From the IMG/VR virus record IMGVR_UViG_3300031784_000006: a DNA stretch of 64,000 bases, one strand, 5' to 3'. Source of the DNA: a virus. Lineage: Duplodnaviria > Caudoviricetes. The first letter of the stretch is position 1. Each line of letters opens with the position of its first letter. Under the pieces are notes generated by a model. The model worked only from the letters and a program-made list of their open reading frames with translations, did not search any database and had not been told where the DNA came from. Of the stretch, positions 18,695-29,036 are shown piece by piece. Position numbers and translations under genes: made by a program.

Positions 18695-20340
18695 TATGAT
18701 AGATATTCCCACATATACGCACGATCGCCATATTCATCCACATACCATCTATCACCATCACTGTCTGTAAAACTTGTTTCATCTAGTCCGTCATTAATAA
18801 AACCAAATGGTGACATATCCTGCTCTATCTGATTTTTTTGCTCCTCATATAGTCTCTTTCTTACATCTTGGTCTGTAAGTTCTTTAAAATAATCTTGAGC
18901 TACTAACCAAGCATAAATTACTAAGCACATTGCCAAGTCATCGTTACATCCTTCTTCAGCCTCGAAAGAGTTGTGCTTCTGGATAAATGTTGTCAACTCC
19001 GAAATTATTTCATAGTCGTTAAGAAAAAGTTTACTCTCCTCAATCATTGTCTTTAGGTTTAGACATCCAACTTTTTTTACAGTTTTGGACATTTTAACTC
19101 CAAGTTGAGTTTTCTTTCCAGAAAATCCTTGACCAACAATTTGACCTGCTCTACCTCTCATAGAACACATGAGAAGATTATTGTATTCTAAGTCATATTG
19201 AAGAATGCTTGCTACCTGATCTCCAACGTCATTTACCTCACATAAAATATATGCATTATTATATGCTGTCGCCGCTTCGTGAATTATACTGGGGAAAAGC
19301 ATAGGTTTAATTTCATTATTTCTATATTTTGCAACTACTTTGTGGGGGAATTGTGTAATATCAATAATGGTAAACGCAGAGTAATCATTTCCAACACCTC
19401 TAGCAACGTCTACAGTAATGAGATAATCATGATTCTCCTCTGGGTCTACATAAACATCTAGACCAGCACTACGGGTCTTGGGGGCATCGTAAACAAGGGT
19501 TCTAAGTTTAGATGGTGCAATTAGAGTATCGACAGAACCTAAGAATTCGCATTCAAACTCAACCTTAAACTGTTGTTCTGATGTGTTTGCAATTGTTTGC
19601 TTTTTCCATTCCTCATCTCTTCCGGGAACTTCACTCCAATGAACGTCTGTAAAGACATATTCGTTCTTACCCTTTTCCGCATCATGCCACATTCGGTAAA
19701 AATGATTCATACCATGTGGAGTAGAAACAATTATAACTTTAGTTTGTTTACCTGAAGTAATTGTTGGATAAACTGACGCAAAGAATGAGTCTGCGATATG
19801 ATTTGGAACGAAAGCAAATTCGTCCAAAAATAGGATATTGAATGACATACCACGAACTGCAGAAGCAGAAGTAGAAGCAGCCAAGATTTTACTTCCATTT
19901 TCCAATTCCAAAGAACCTTTGTTCCAAGATATAATTCCTTGCTGCATCCATTTTGGTAGATTTTCATAAGCGGTTTGTAATCTATCTAATAGTTCCCGTG
20001 CCGTTGCTGCTTTGTTTGCAAGAATACCAATATTAACATTATCATTAAATACTGCATAATGTAGTAAAAATGATACTACAGTTGTAGATTTGCCCGTCTG
20101 GCGAGGCATCTTGCATATATTGAATCTATGATTGTGAAAGTTATTGATTAACTTTTCTTGGAAATGATATGGTTTAAATGTTTGAAGACCATGATCCAGA
20201 GTTACAATCTTTACATAATTATTTGCAAAGTAAACGGGATCATCCTTACATCTCATAAACTCAAGAATTTGTTCTTGAGTAAACTCAATTGGGGTATTTG
20301 CTTTTTTTAAAAGTGGATTGCCAAGATAAACATCAGACAT
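18694..20340 (-). CDS. gp17: Terminase large subunit
   Basis: KMPRQTGKSTT, AVRGMSFNILFLDEFAF, VSTPHGMNHFY, DVARGVGNDYS, HNDDL-type C-terminal nuclease motif (CNDDLAMCL). Confidence 0.99.
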   Translation of the reverse strand: MSDVYLGNPLLKKANTPIEFTQEQILEFMRCKDDPVYFANNYVKIVTLDHGLQTFKPYHFQEKLINNFHNHRFNICKMPRQTGKSTTVVSFLLHYAVFNDNVNIGILANKAATARELLDRLQTAYENLPKWMQQGIISWNKGSLELENGSKILAASTSASAVRGMSFNILFLDEFAFVPNHIADSFFASVYPTITSGKQTKVIIVSTPHGMNHFYRMWHDAEKGKNEYVFTDVHWSEVPGRDEEWKKQTIANTSEQQFKVEFECEFLGSVDTLIAPSKLRTLVYDAPKTRSAGLDVYVDPEENHDYLITVDVARGVGNDYSAFTIIDITQFPHKVVAKYRNNEIKPMLFPSIIHEAATAYNNAYILCEVNDVGDQVASILQYDLEYNNLLMCSMRGRAGQIVGQGFSGKKTQLGVKMSKTVKKVGCLNLKTMIEESKLFLNDYEIISELTTFIQKHNSFEAEEGCNDDLAMCLVIYAWLVAQDYFKELTDQDVRKRLYEEQKNQIEQDMSPFGFINDGLDETSFTDSDGDRWYVDEYGDRAYMWEYLS

Positions 20341-20356
20341 AATAAAAACCTACTTA

Positions 20357-22204
20357 TTAGTTACAATTCCAACGGCGAAGTGCTTTATTAATATTGCTAT
20401 CTGGATCTCTTGCAGTTTCTGCAGAAGTTAGTTTTGATTTCATTCCTTTCATTCGACGACAAAATGAAGCACGACGTTTCGCTCTTTTTCCTTCTGGATT
20501 TTTTTCAGTTACTGCAGTTTGAAGTTTTGAACCGGGGTTCTCTCTACGATATGCTTTAACTGCCGCTGAACTTAATCCATCAGTTTTATCTTTACGGTTG
20601 ACTGATTGCCAATCTTCACCAATTTCAACTTCTTCTCCCATTGTCTTTACATAATTCTTATTTGAACCTAACTTTGCGGAACTGCCGCCCTGGGAACTAA
20701 AAGTTTGAATAAGTGGTTGTCCTGGTTGAATTTCAGAAACCGAATGGTATACGACTATTGAACCTGGATAAACTTTTTGAATCTCATCGTTGATTTCTTT
20801 TCTGGAAGGTGTCTTTACTTGTGGGAAGAACATCTTGAGAGAATAATATTTTCCTCTCCATGAAAGAGTTACCGCGATGACATTTCCAGTCTGTGCTTGC
20901 AGTCTTGTTGCTTCGCTCATTTGAGATTTAAAACCTTTGATTGGTTCTGGTTTGATTACGTCAACTACTTCCGCAAAAGTATTTCCGTTTAAGTCTTCTA
21001 TTGTTTGTTCTGGCACACAATTTGGAACTGTTTTTTTGCCCTTTTTCTTCATTCCAACTTGCTTATATCCGGACCAACACGCCTCATCAACTTCACTTTC
21101 TCCGCCATCAAGATAGTCTGCTGCAGTATCAATATAGTCTGCTGCTTTAGTGATTTTTGACTGAACCCATGCCTCTAAATTACCTTCACCTTTTCCAACT
21201 TTTGCTCGCAATCTTTTTACGGCATTTTCGATAGTTTGAAGTTCGCCGCGAACCATTGAATATTCTTCATCTTTTGATTCGGGTATAGTAGGCATAGTTA
21301 TATTATAGTCTTTTTTTCCAGAAACCACTTCTGAAGGTAATGAAAACATATCCCAGTATTTTTGTCCGTATTTACACTCATCTCTAGACTCAACTTTTTC
21401 GCATTTAGGACAATATCTTCCTGGATTTTCTCTAATTGGTCCATCCCACTCATAATTTAAAGCATCCGTACTTTCTGATTTAGTTCCCCAGTTGTCAGCA
21501 CCAACCTTACGGCATTTAACCAAAGCACCTGATGCATACGCACTTGGCCAAACACTATATCTAGACTTTACTTTATGGTAGCAAGCATCTTTAGTTCCGC
21601 TACCTTTACCTTTTTTATCTTTTGCTTCTTGTATATCCATTTCTTCTTTGATTTTCTTTCTAGGTGAATCTGTAGAAACATAAGTTGGTTTTGCAGCACC
21701 TGATTTCTCTTGTTGACCAGAATCTGCTACCTTTTTTCTTCTTGATGCGGAACGTCTTTCTGCAGGAGTCATGCTTGCTCTTTTAGAAGAAGACACACAT
21801 TTTGGAACTCCTTCTCCCTGTTCATCACTTGCACATGTTCCACCTGTAACTACATTTACCCAACCAGATTTACCATCCTTTGATTTTGATTTACCAAACC
21901 AATCGCGAAGACCCTCTTCTTTTACAGTATCTTCATATGCAATTCTTTTTTTGCTATGTTCAATTTCTCCTTTTTGCTTAGCAATCAATTTCCTTGACCA
22001 AGCGCCAACATTAATATCTTTTGGATTTTCATCTGGCATTCTCTTTTTGGGATTGTCGAAAACATCGACATCACCATCAGCATCACGATCAACATATTGA
22101 ACAGCAGCGTGATGCACTAACTGTTTAAGATCAAGATTAGGATCTAACTGATGTTGTTTTGCCTTTAAATGTGGCGTTTTGTGGGAAAATTTTGGATATT
22201 TCAT
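20357..22204 (-). CDS. Modular basic, Cys-containing late protein; probable internal-head polyprotein
   Basis: 615 aa string of short modules (GLRDWF.., KDACYHKVK..WPSAYASG, ACWSGYKQVG..VPNCV, DWQSVN..ALRRWNC), most preceded by (I/V)xE. Confidence 0.6.
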   Translation of the reverse strand: MKYPKFSHKTPHLKAKQHQLDPNLDLKQLVHHAAVQYVDRDADGDVDVFDNPKKRMPDENPKDINVGAWSRKLIAKQKGEIEHSKKRIAYEDTVKEEGLRDWFGKSKSKDGKSGWVNVVTGGTCASDEQGEGVPKCVSSSKRASMTPAERRSASRRKKVADSGQQEKSGAAKPTYVSTDSPRKKIKEEMDIQEAKDKKGKGSGTKDACYHKVKSRYSVWPSAYASGALVKCRKVGADNWGTKSESTDALNYEWDGPIRENPGRYCPKCEKVESRDECKYGQKYWDMFSLPSEVVSGKKDYNITMPTIPESKDEEYSMVRGELQTIENAVKRLRAKVGKGEGNLEAWVQSKITKAADYIDTAADYLDGGESEVDEACWSGYKQVGMKKKGKKTVPNCVPEQTIEDLNGNTFAEVVDVIKPEPIKGFKSQMSEATRLQAQTGNVIAVTLSWRGKYYSLKMFFPQVKTPSRKEINDEIQKVYPGSIVVYHSVSEIQPGQPLIQTFSSQGGSSAKLGSNKNYVKTMGEEVEIGEDWQSVNRKDKTDGLSSAAVKAYRRENPGSKLQTAVTEKNPEGKRAKRRASFCRRMKGMKSKLTSAETARDPDSNINKALRRWNCN

Positions 22205-22356
22205 TCAACTGGTTTTGATTTAGTCTCCTCACCTTTTGCTCTTTTCTTTCTCGCCGCACAGTGAGCACGTTGAGAAAATCCTTTTGGACTAGAGCAATCA
22301 ATACTCTTTTTATATTTATCGCTCCAGTCTTCTTGAAACTGTTTAAATGTCTTCAT
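22201..22356 (-). CDS. Small basic probable internal head protein (51 aa)
   Basis: Hand translation MKTFKQFQEDWSDKYKKSIDCSSPKGFSQRAHCAARKKRAKGEETKSKPVE; ATGA-coupled to the 615-aa ORF. Confidence 0.7.
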   Translation of the reverse strand: MKTFKQFQEDWSDKYKKSIDCSSPKGFSQRAHCAARKKRAKGEETKSKPVE

Positions 22357-22777
22357 TTTGAGTTTGCTGCTTTAAAAGTTTTGCTAACTCGGCAGTAGAT
22401 CCAACAAAAAGAGCGTTGTTAACTGTAGTGGGTCCTTTACCAACCTTTTCTTCTTCAATATCTTTGAGTTTCTTTTGAAGATCCATTAACTTATCCGTAG
22501 CATCCGCGACATTCTTAATCAGTTGTCCGGCAACCTCATAAGCTCTTGGCATTTCACTTTCTTGAGCCAATTCTAAAATTCCGTTAATTGCCTCTTGACC
22601 TTTTTCTATAATAGAATAAAGATTTCCTCTTGTATATTCATAATCTTTTTTAACATCATCCATTGCTGAGGATATCTTCTCAAATTTTTCAATTTCGGAT
22701 TTATTGTCGATAGGAACTATTTCCCCATCTACATTAAAAGCATCATTTAACTTATCGAATTTTTTTGTCATTTTCAT
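22343..22777 (-). CDS. gp16: Terminase small subunit
   Basis: DYEYTRGNLYSIIEKGQEAI, PRAYEVAGQLIK, NNALFVGSTAEL. Confidence 0.93.
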   Translation of the reverse strand: MKMTKKFDKLNDAFNVDGEIVPIDNKSEIEKFEKISSAMDDVKKDYEYTRGNLYSIIEKGQEAINGILELAQESEMPRAYEVAGQLIKNVADATDKLMDLQKKLKDIEEEKVGKGPTTVNNALFVGSTAELAKLLKQQTQNEDI

Positions 22778-23775
22778 GCTATACTACCACTAAATCCAAA
22801 ATCATCACCTTGCTCTATTAGATCATCATCTGCGGCAGTAATTGATTTTACTGGAGCACCTGCCAAGTGAGAAGTTATGGTTGTATTATCCTTACCCCTT
22901 TCAACAGTTATTGTGTTACCGGACTTAGACTTAATGTATAACTCCTCACCCTCAAGATCGATATAAGTATCGACGGTAATTGTAGATGCATTATTTACTT
23001 CAATAACAAGGTCCTCAACTCCAATATCGTTGGTTATGTTTGTTAGAACAATTCCAGTATAATTTTTGATCGCTCTAGGTTCGGCAGAATACACCACATC
23101 TCTAGATGGAGTTGTTGTATATCCTCCAGCAACATATCCAACCGAAGATTTTTTGATAATATCCCTGGTTGCAGAAGAAAGTGGTCCGAAGAGATAAGTT
23201 TTTGCGGTGAATCTTAGAGTATAAATTAAAACTCTTCTTGTATTAAAATCTCCCTCATAATCATCTTGCATTGTGATATTCTCAAGAACTACTGGAATAT
23301 CCCTCTTTTCATTAATAGTATCAACCAAATTAACTGTCATAGTATATGCTGGTTGAAAGTATGGTAGAATTTGTTCTACAATTTGAAGAGCATCATCATT
23401 AAGTTTTGACATAATACTCAATTCAAATTGCATATTATATGGAACTGGTAAATATCCCTTTTTAATTTCACTACCATCCTGTGTAGACTTCTCTGTAAAA
23501 TATTGAGTTGTTGTTGATTTTCTACTTGAATCGTATGTCAGGCCAGTAAATTCAAAAGACATTCTGGGTAATGTAATTTGAACCGGTTTATTTAAATTTG
23601 GCGATTGATTTAATCTTGCTAGAAACTTTTGGGTTGGGCCATATGCCAGAGGAACTTTAATTATACTGACTACTTGATCCGAATTATTTGTATGCCTGAT
23701 TTCTATATTATTAAATAAAGAACCAAAAGAAACAACAGTTCTTCTTAATATTTCGTGGTAAAAGTATTCAAACAT
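22774..23775 (-). CDS. gp15: Tail terminator / sheath stabiliser
   Basis: YFYHEILRRTVVSFGSLFNNI, KVPLAYGP.QKFLARL, LPRMSFE, QIVEQILPYFQP. Confidence 0.95.
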   Translation of the reverse strand: MFEYFYHEILRRTVVSFGSLFNNIEIRHTNNSDQVVSIIKVPLAYGPTQKFLARLNQSPNLNKPVQITLPRMSFEFTGLTYDSSRKSTTTQYFTEKSTQDGSEIKKGYLPVPYNMQFELSIMSKLNDDALQIVEQILPYFQPAYTMTVNLVDTINEKRDIPVVLENITMQDDYEGDFNTRRVLIYTLRFTAKTYLFGPLSSATRDIIKKSSVGYVAGGYTTTPSRDVVYSAEPRAIKNYTGIVLTNITNDIGVEDLVIEVNNASTITVDTYIDLEGEELYIKSKSGNTITVERGKDNTTITSHLAGAPVKSITAADDDLIEQGDDFGFSGSIA

Positions 23776-23822
23776 GACACTAATTTATTGTATTACTATT
23801 TAACAATTCTATTGAAGACTAT

Positions 23823-25238
23823 TTATGGCATACCAAATGGATTTACTTCGCTAAAATCTATTATTTGATCTGCTTCATCTTCAATTTCATTATTTGCAGC
23901 GTAACCATCATCTGCAATTCTGACATAATCATCAACGGTTTTTAAGTAGTATGATGCGCTGGATGCGGCCCCAACTATATTTTCTCCAACTACAAATTTA
24001 CCAGTAATCTGAGATACTTGAAGAACTCTAGTAATTGAGTTCCACGATTTCACTCTTGCAGTTGTGCTGCTTGATGAACCAACAACAACTTCGTTTAAAA
24101 CAAAGTTTCCGGAAGATGTTAAAATTGGATTACCTATCGTGATTGTGGGTGCAACAGTATATCCAGCTCCCGCATTAGTAATACGAATTGAAGTAATTGA
24201 ACCACCTGCCGAAACAACGGCTGTTGCTGCTGCAGATACTGTAGAAACCCCCGTAAAAGTAATAGTCGGTGGGGTTACATATCCAGAACCACTATTAGTT
24301 ACAGTAATTACTCCAACTACACCATTTCCTATGGATGCAATACCAGTAGATCCTTTACCTCCCCCACCAATAAATCTAACTCCGGGTGCAACTGTATACC
24401 CAAATCCTGGGTTTGTAATTTCAACACTTTGAACTGATGATGTATTTGGGGAAACATTCTGATTGCACACAACAATATTATCAATCATTATTGCAATTGC
24501 CGATGCAGTTCTTCCTGATGGTGATGATGATATTCCAACAGTTGGGGTACTAGTATATCCCCCCCCTCTGTTAGTAACTTGAATATATCTAACTCCACCA
24601 TTAACTACTGATGCCAATGCGGTTGCAGTGGCTCCTGCACCAACCATTGTTAAATTAAACACATTTCCAATAGGATTTTTATCACCATCAACTGAATCAG
24701 TGCCACTAACAAGATCGTCTATTTCATCAATATCAGTGTCAATAAGTTCATCCTCATATCTAAACAGTTCGCACTTAAGTTGATATGTATAAAGACCTTG
24801 AAGTTGATAAAATGGTTTTTCGTGCTCTACAAATTTAATTTCAAATAATCTATTACCAAGAGGAAAATAAATTAAATCACCCTCTTTTGGTCTTGATGAT
24901 AATTTGATATTTGTTTGGTTTTGAATAAGTGGCGAAATATAGTTTTTAAATCTTTCTCTAGATATAATTAAATTAATCTCGTTTAGAGATTGAATTCCAA
25001 ACTTTGAAAGAATAGTCGTATTATCACCATATCCTTCATAGTTGTCTATGTAAGCCTCTATTGGATATGCATTATTAAATTCTGATTCTATAACTTCTCT
25101 AATGACAGTTTTTTCTGTGATAAAACTTCTTGGAATATAGTGAACGTCAATTCCATACATTCTAAGTTGTTCGTTAATCAAATCTTGAATAAGTCCTTGC
25201 TCCGATTTTGAGCCTTGTTGAAAAAATGGGTTTAACAT
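23823..25238 (-). CDS. gp14: Neck protein with Gly/Thr-rich repeat insertion
   Basis: EQLRMYGIDVHYIPR, RPKEGDLIYFP, EHEKPFYQL, C-terminal DFSEVNPFG. Confidence 0.93.
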   Translation of the reverse strand: MLNPFFQQGSKSEQGLIQDLINEQLRMYGIDVHYIPRSFITEKTVIREVIESEFNNAYPIEAYIDNYEGYGDNTTILSKFGIQSLNEINLIISRERFKNYISPLIQNQTNIKLSSRPKEGDLIYFPLGNRLFEIKFVEHEKPFYQLQGLYTYQLKCELFRYEDELIDTDIDEIDDLVSGTDSVDGDKNPIGNVFNLTMVGAGATATALASVVNGGVRYIQVTNRGGGYTSTPTVGISSSPSGRTASAIAIMIDNIVVCNQNVSPNTSSVQSVEITNPGFGYTVAPGVRFIGGGGKGSTGIASIGNGVVGVITVTNSGSGYVTPPTITFTGVSTVSAAATAVVSAGGSITSIRITNAGAGYTVAPTITIGNPILTSSGNFVLNEVVVGSSSSTTARVKSWNSITRVLQVSQITGKFVVGENIVGAASSASYYLKTVDDYVRIADDGYAANNEIEDEADQIIDFSEVNPFGMP

Positions 25239-25241
25239 ATC

Positions 25242-26096
25242 TTATCCAATCATATCAAATGGGGGAAGTTCGTATGTATTCGACATTTTTTCCATCAAAA
25301 TATCAATTTCTCTTTGGGCATCTTCATACATCTGTCTTCCATTCAATTCGACTCCACCTGGGAGCTTAACGCCAGTAAATTTCATCATATTTTGACCCCA
25401 CTGTTTTTTAATTAATGAGGTTAGGTATGGTTTTAAGAAAGAATCATTCCAAACTCTTGAATAATCATTTGGATCTAAAGTTGAGTAACAATCAATAATG
25501 ATAAACTCACCTTCTCTAACCGATGACCAATCAATATCTAAATATAATCTATCTTGCCTTTTGTTGAATCTTATTTGCTTCTGAGTGTTTAGTAAAAAAT
25601 CCAAGTCTTCCAAGTAAGTTTTAACCATTGCATAACTTAATAACTCAACTGCACCCCAATAATAAACATCGTTTAAAAATAATTGATATTTCACACTAAA
25701 CATATTGTTAGTTATAGTGTTTGCACCATCAAAAGTAAAAATTTTATTAATACCAATTACATTGGGTGGAACTTGAAGATAATTGCTATTTTCATAATAA
25801 TTGAAAGTTGCTGAAGTTCCCGAAATATTTGTTGTTACACTAGTGCTTGCTATACCAACACCATTTTCTATTCCACCAGAGTGACCTGCCCTTCCTCTAT
25901 CTATGTCATTTTGAGTTAATTTGTATTTGTAAAAAGTTGGATATACTCCATCAAAATGTCTTTCTTGAAAAAACTGAATTGCATCATCAACTAAATCTTC
26001 AATTTGCTCATCAGCAACATTAATCTCTAAAACTGGCGCTCCCAGTTTTCTTTTACAATAATCTATCAATTCTTGTCTGGTAGATGGTTGCGCCAT
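25242..26096 (-). CDS. gp13: Neck protein
   Basis: RQELIDYCKRKLGAPVLEINV, KKQWGQNMMKF.GVKLPGGVELNG. Confidence 0.95.
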   Translation of the reverse strand: MAQPSTRQELIDYCKRKLGAPVLEINVADEQIEDLVDDAIQFFQERHFDGVYPTFYKYKLTQNDIDRGRAGHSGGIENGVGIASTSVTTNISGTSATFNYYENSNYLQVPPNVIGINKIFTFDGANTITNNMFSVKYQLFLNDVYYWGAVELLSYAMVKTYLEDLDFLLNTQKQIRFNKRQDRLYLDIDWSSVREGEFIIIDCYSTLDPNDYSRVWNDSFLKPYLTSLIKKQWGQNMMKFTGVKLPGGVELNGRQMYEDAQREIDILMEKMSNTYELPPFDMIG

Positions 26097-26128
26097 TATT
26101 CAATCTTTTTTAAATATTTATGAATGTC

Positions 26129-26296
26129 TTAACCCCACTTAGATACAACTTCTTGTTGTTTCAAATATAATTTTATGTACGCTTTTGAGTATTGTCTTAG
26201 GGTTTCTAAATCTTGAATAGTATCAATATCCCTTGCCAACTTTTCATATTCAAACATCTTGTTAATATCGTCTAAAACTATTTTATTTGGATCCAT
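26129..26296 (-). CDS. NblA-like small helical protein (putative phycobilisome degradation adaptor)
   Basis: Hand translation MDPNKIVLDDINKMFEYEKLARDIDTIQDLETLRQYSKAYIKLYLKQQEVVSKWG (55 aa); size and two-helix pattern resemble NblA; not verified by search. Confidence 0.45.
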   Translation of the reverse strand: MDPNKIVLDDINKMFEYEKLARDIDTIQDLETLRQYSKAYIKLYLKQQEVVSKWG

Positions 26297-26510
26297 CAAT
26301 CAAACTCCTAAGTAAATTTTTGATATCATCTAAATCATTTTTTATATCTCCAACATCATTTTCTAATTTTTTTACTCTATTTGATTCATTTTCTTTTATC
26401 TTTTTTAATTTCATGTAGTTATTATATTCATTCATATCTAAATTTAAAATAGCTTGGCTGTTTGGATCCCTTATTAAATTGTTATGATCCTTTACTTTTA
26501 TGTAATCCAT
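26283..26510 (-). CDS. Small coiled-coil hypothetical protein after VrlC-like gene
   Basis: 75 aa, LIRDPNSQAILN then heptad repeat. Confidence 0.7.
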   Translation of the reverse strand: MDYIKVKDHNNLIRDPNSQAILNLDMNEYNNYMKLKKIKENESNRVKKLENDVGDIKNDLDDIKNLLRSLIDGSK

Positions 26511-26511
26511 A

Positions 26512-29019
26512 TCATGCTAAACAAATAACTCTTAAGTCTTTTAATCTTGGTGGATACGCCTGATTTGTTCCCGCACCAATTAATTTAATACTAAGATATT
26601 TAAATGCTGGAAGATTTGAAATAGTAAATTCATGATCTGTAAAAGACAGTTCATTACTTTTGAATGCTAAAGATTTACTTTTTTCTATCTTATTATCGGA
26701 AGTTCCATCACTTAATGCTCTATACAAATCTGGGTCATCTGCACTGGATTCATTCGAATAACCAGGGAAAGGATAGTAAATCAATTCTTGATTTGGATCA
26801 TTTTTTATTGCATATAAGCATCTTAAATCACTATATTCATTAATATATGCAGCTACAATTACCTTTATAGAGGTTGCTGGAATTTCTAATTGTATTGGGT
26901 TTGTTGCATAAACAAAGGATGATGGGTCATCTTTTAAAGTGGAAACTCTATCATCTGCGGCATAATTTTGGATGGGATTATTAATTCTGTTGGTAACAAA
27001 AATCATCGATGCCCTATCTAAGTCAACTACCGGCGAAATAAACCTATTAGTAGTTTCCAAAAACATGTTCACTGTTAATGATTTATTGCCAAAGAATTCA
27101 TTATTGGATGATAAAAATTGCTGCTCATTTTCTTTTGAGCATATCAATCTTGGAGATTCAAAATAGTTAGTTTTATTTAAGTTTATTTCGTCAAATCCCT
27201 GATCATAAAAAGAAAATTCCAAACCATCTACACTTGTTCCAGATACAGTTCTTACTCTTGCAGAAATATCAGTTCCGTTGAGTGTTAATGTCTGAATAAC
27301 TGGTTTTGCTGATTCAAATTGTATATTTTGAGTCGCTGTAATTTTATCTCCACCGGTTATTTTTGTTTCATTAATGTATAACTTTGGAAAGGATGTACCA
27401 ACACTTCTATCTACTTGTCCTTGAGGTAATGGACTCGTATTTCCTCCCGATGAAGTGTCAACTTTAATATGATAATAATCAAAGTCTATGGAATCTGTAA
27501 TTGTAGAATCCTGTAGAGTATGTGTTTTATTGATTCTTCTTAAAGAAATTCCATTGAGTTCATACTTATAAACGGGAGCTCCTGCAGAATATGTGAAATT
27601 TCTAGTTTGATCTATTTGTCTTGTTATTCCTGTAAGAGTGTTTCCTGAAATCCCCTGATATGCAATAATTTCTCTACCAATTCGTATATAACCCGGATTA
27701 GTGCTACTAATTCCTACGTTTTCAAATGTATCAAATTTTGCTACAGAATCAACAACAATATTTCCCGTTGATGATGCACTATAATTTTGAGTTAACTTAA
27801 CTGGTTTGATATCCGGCAATACATCTCTTATTACGACATTATTTTCTTCGGCGTGCATTGCATGGTTCCTGTGGTTTACCTTTATATGCAATCCATCAGT
27901 TTCAGTATCAATTTCTCCATCTACAATCAAAACACCTCCGCCATTTATATCTGTTCGGATACCTGAACTATTGATATACTGTAGAGTATTTCCAATTCCA
28001 GTTACAAAGTCTCCCTGAACATTATCTAAAATTAATTCATTTATTCCAAAAAGATTTTGTACAGACATTAGTAAATTAATACCAATATCATCATTACCTA
28101 ACTGCGATATTGTGACAATATCTCCATCACTATAACCAGTTCCGCCACTGTTTATTGTTGCTGCTACTGCAACCCCATCAGTAATTGTTACATCAACTGT
28201 CCCATTCTTACCCTCACCGGTGATACTGGTTAATGCTATTCCCGTATATGTTAGACTACCCGATGATGGTGTGTATCCTATTCCGGGATTTACGATTGTT
28301 AAACTACCTGTAGCAATACCCGCAGAATCAACATAATTGCCAGAAGCATTACTTCCCTGCTGTACTATTGTATTTCCTAATTTTAAAATATTGTCTTGAA
28401 TTGTTGTACCTAAACCAACACGAATTCTCTTAGAATTAAATTCTAAGGGATTGGGTACTAATTCTGCAATCTGATTATTCGCTACGGTTAAATCTGGATT
28501 ATAAAAATTAAAATCACCAAAAGAAGATGTAAAGTTTGCTCTGTAAAGTGTAAACTTTAAATCTTCAAATCCACTTTCTGTCCAAGTTTCTCCATTTTGA
28601 GATTTAAATAATCCACCAGATAGTGGTTGCTTTGTTACCAATAATTGCTTTGATTCTAACCCAGCAAGTGTGGTAACATCTACTTCATTTAATCTAGAAA
28701 CCCAAAGACTATATGTTGGTAAGTTTGCCATAACAACTATGGCATGAAATTTTTTACCACTTAAGTATACTGGAGATGGAAAAACAACCCTCGTCGGTAA
28801 AGATGCATCATCCGATACTTGTATTTGTTTTGGATTTAATACAACCTCACTGAATGGATATACTTTTGGGGTAGGAACTCCCAATTCCATTGGTCTCAGT
28901 TGAACTGCTACTGGCAAAGACTTATCTTTTGCTGAAAAATATAAATCTACCGAAGTTATAAAAACTCCAGAGTCGTTATCAATATAAAAGGATTGAGCTA
29001 ATGGATTTACAACTTTCAT
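26512..29019 (-). CDS. VrlC-like giant structural protein, C-terminal third
   Basis: Starts NPLAQSFYID..GVFITSVDLYF..KD, ends PPRLKDLRVICLA; own ATAAATA at 29038-29044. Confidence 0.75.
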   Translation of the reverse strand: MKVVNPLAQSFYIDNDSGVFITSVDLYFSAKDKSLPVAVQLRPMELGVPTPKVYPFSEVVLNPKQIQVSDDASLPTRVVFPSPVYLSGKKFHAIVVMANLPTYSLWVSRLNEVDVTTLAGLESKQLLVTKQPLSGGLFKSQNGETWTESGFEDLKFTLYRANFTSSFGDFNFYNPDLTVANNQIAELVPNPLEFNSKRIRVGLGTTIQDNILKLGNTIVQQGSNASGNYVDSAGIATGSLTIVNPGIGYTPSSGSLTYTGIALTSITGEGKNGTVDVTITDGVAVAATINSGGTGYSDGDIVTISQLGNDDIGINLLMSVQNLFGINELILDNVQGDFVTGIGNTLQYINSSGIRTDINGGGVLIVDGEIDTETDGLHIKVNHRNHAMHAEENNVVIRDVLPDIKPVKLTQNYSASSTGNIVVDSVAKFDTFENVGISSTNPGYIRIGREIIAYQGISGNTLTGITRQIDQTRNFTYSAGAPVYKYELNGISLRRINKTHTLQDSTITDSIDFDYYHIKVDTSSGGNTSPLPQGQVDRSVGTSFPKLYINETKITGGDKITATQNIQFESAKPVIQTLTLNGTDISARVRTVSGTSVDGLEFSFYDQGFDEINLNKTNYFESPRLICSKENEQQFLSSNNEFFGNKSLTVNMFLETTNRFISPVVDLDRASMIFVTNRINNPIQNYAADDRVSTLKDDPSSFVYATNPIQLEIPATSIKVIVAAYINEYSDLRCLYAIKNDPNQELIYYPFPGYSNESSADDPDLYRALSDGTSDNKIEKSKSLAFKSNELSFTDHEFTISNLPAFKYLSIKLIGAGTNQAYPPRLKDLRVICLA

Positions 29020-29036
29020 TTTATTGAGACTTTTTA

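Noticed and set aside
1476-20340. Inteins or group I introns in gp46, uvsW, gp23, gp20, gp17
   Set aside because: Lengths and motif spacing are normal; no splice motifs or homing endonuclease ORFs
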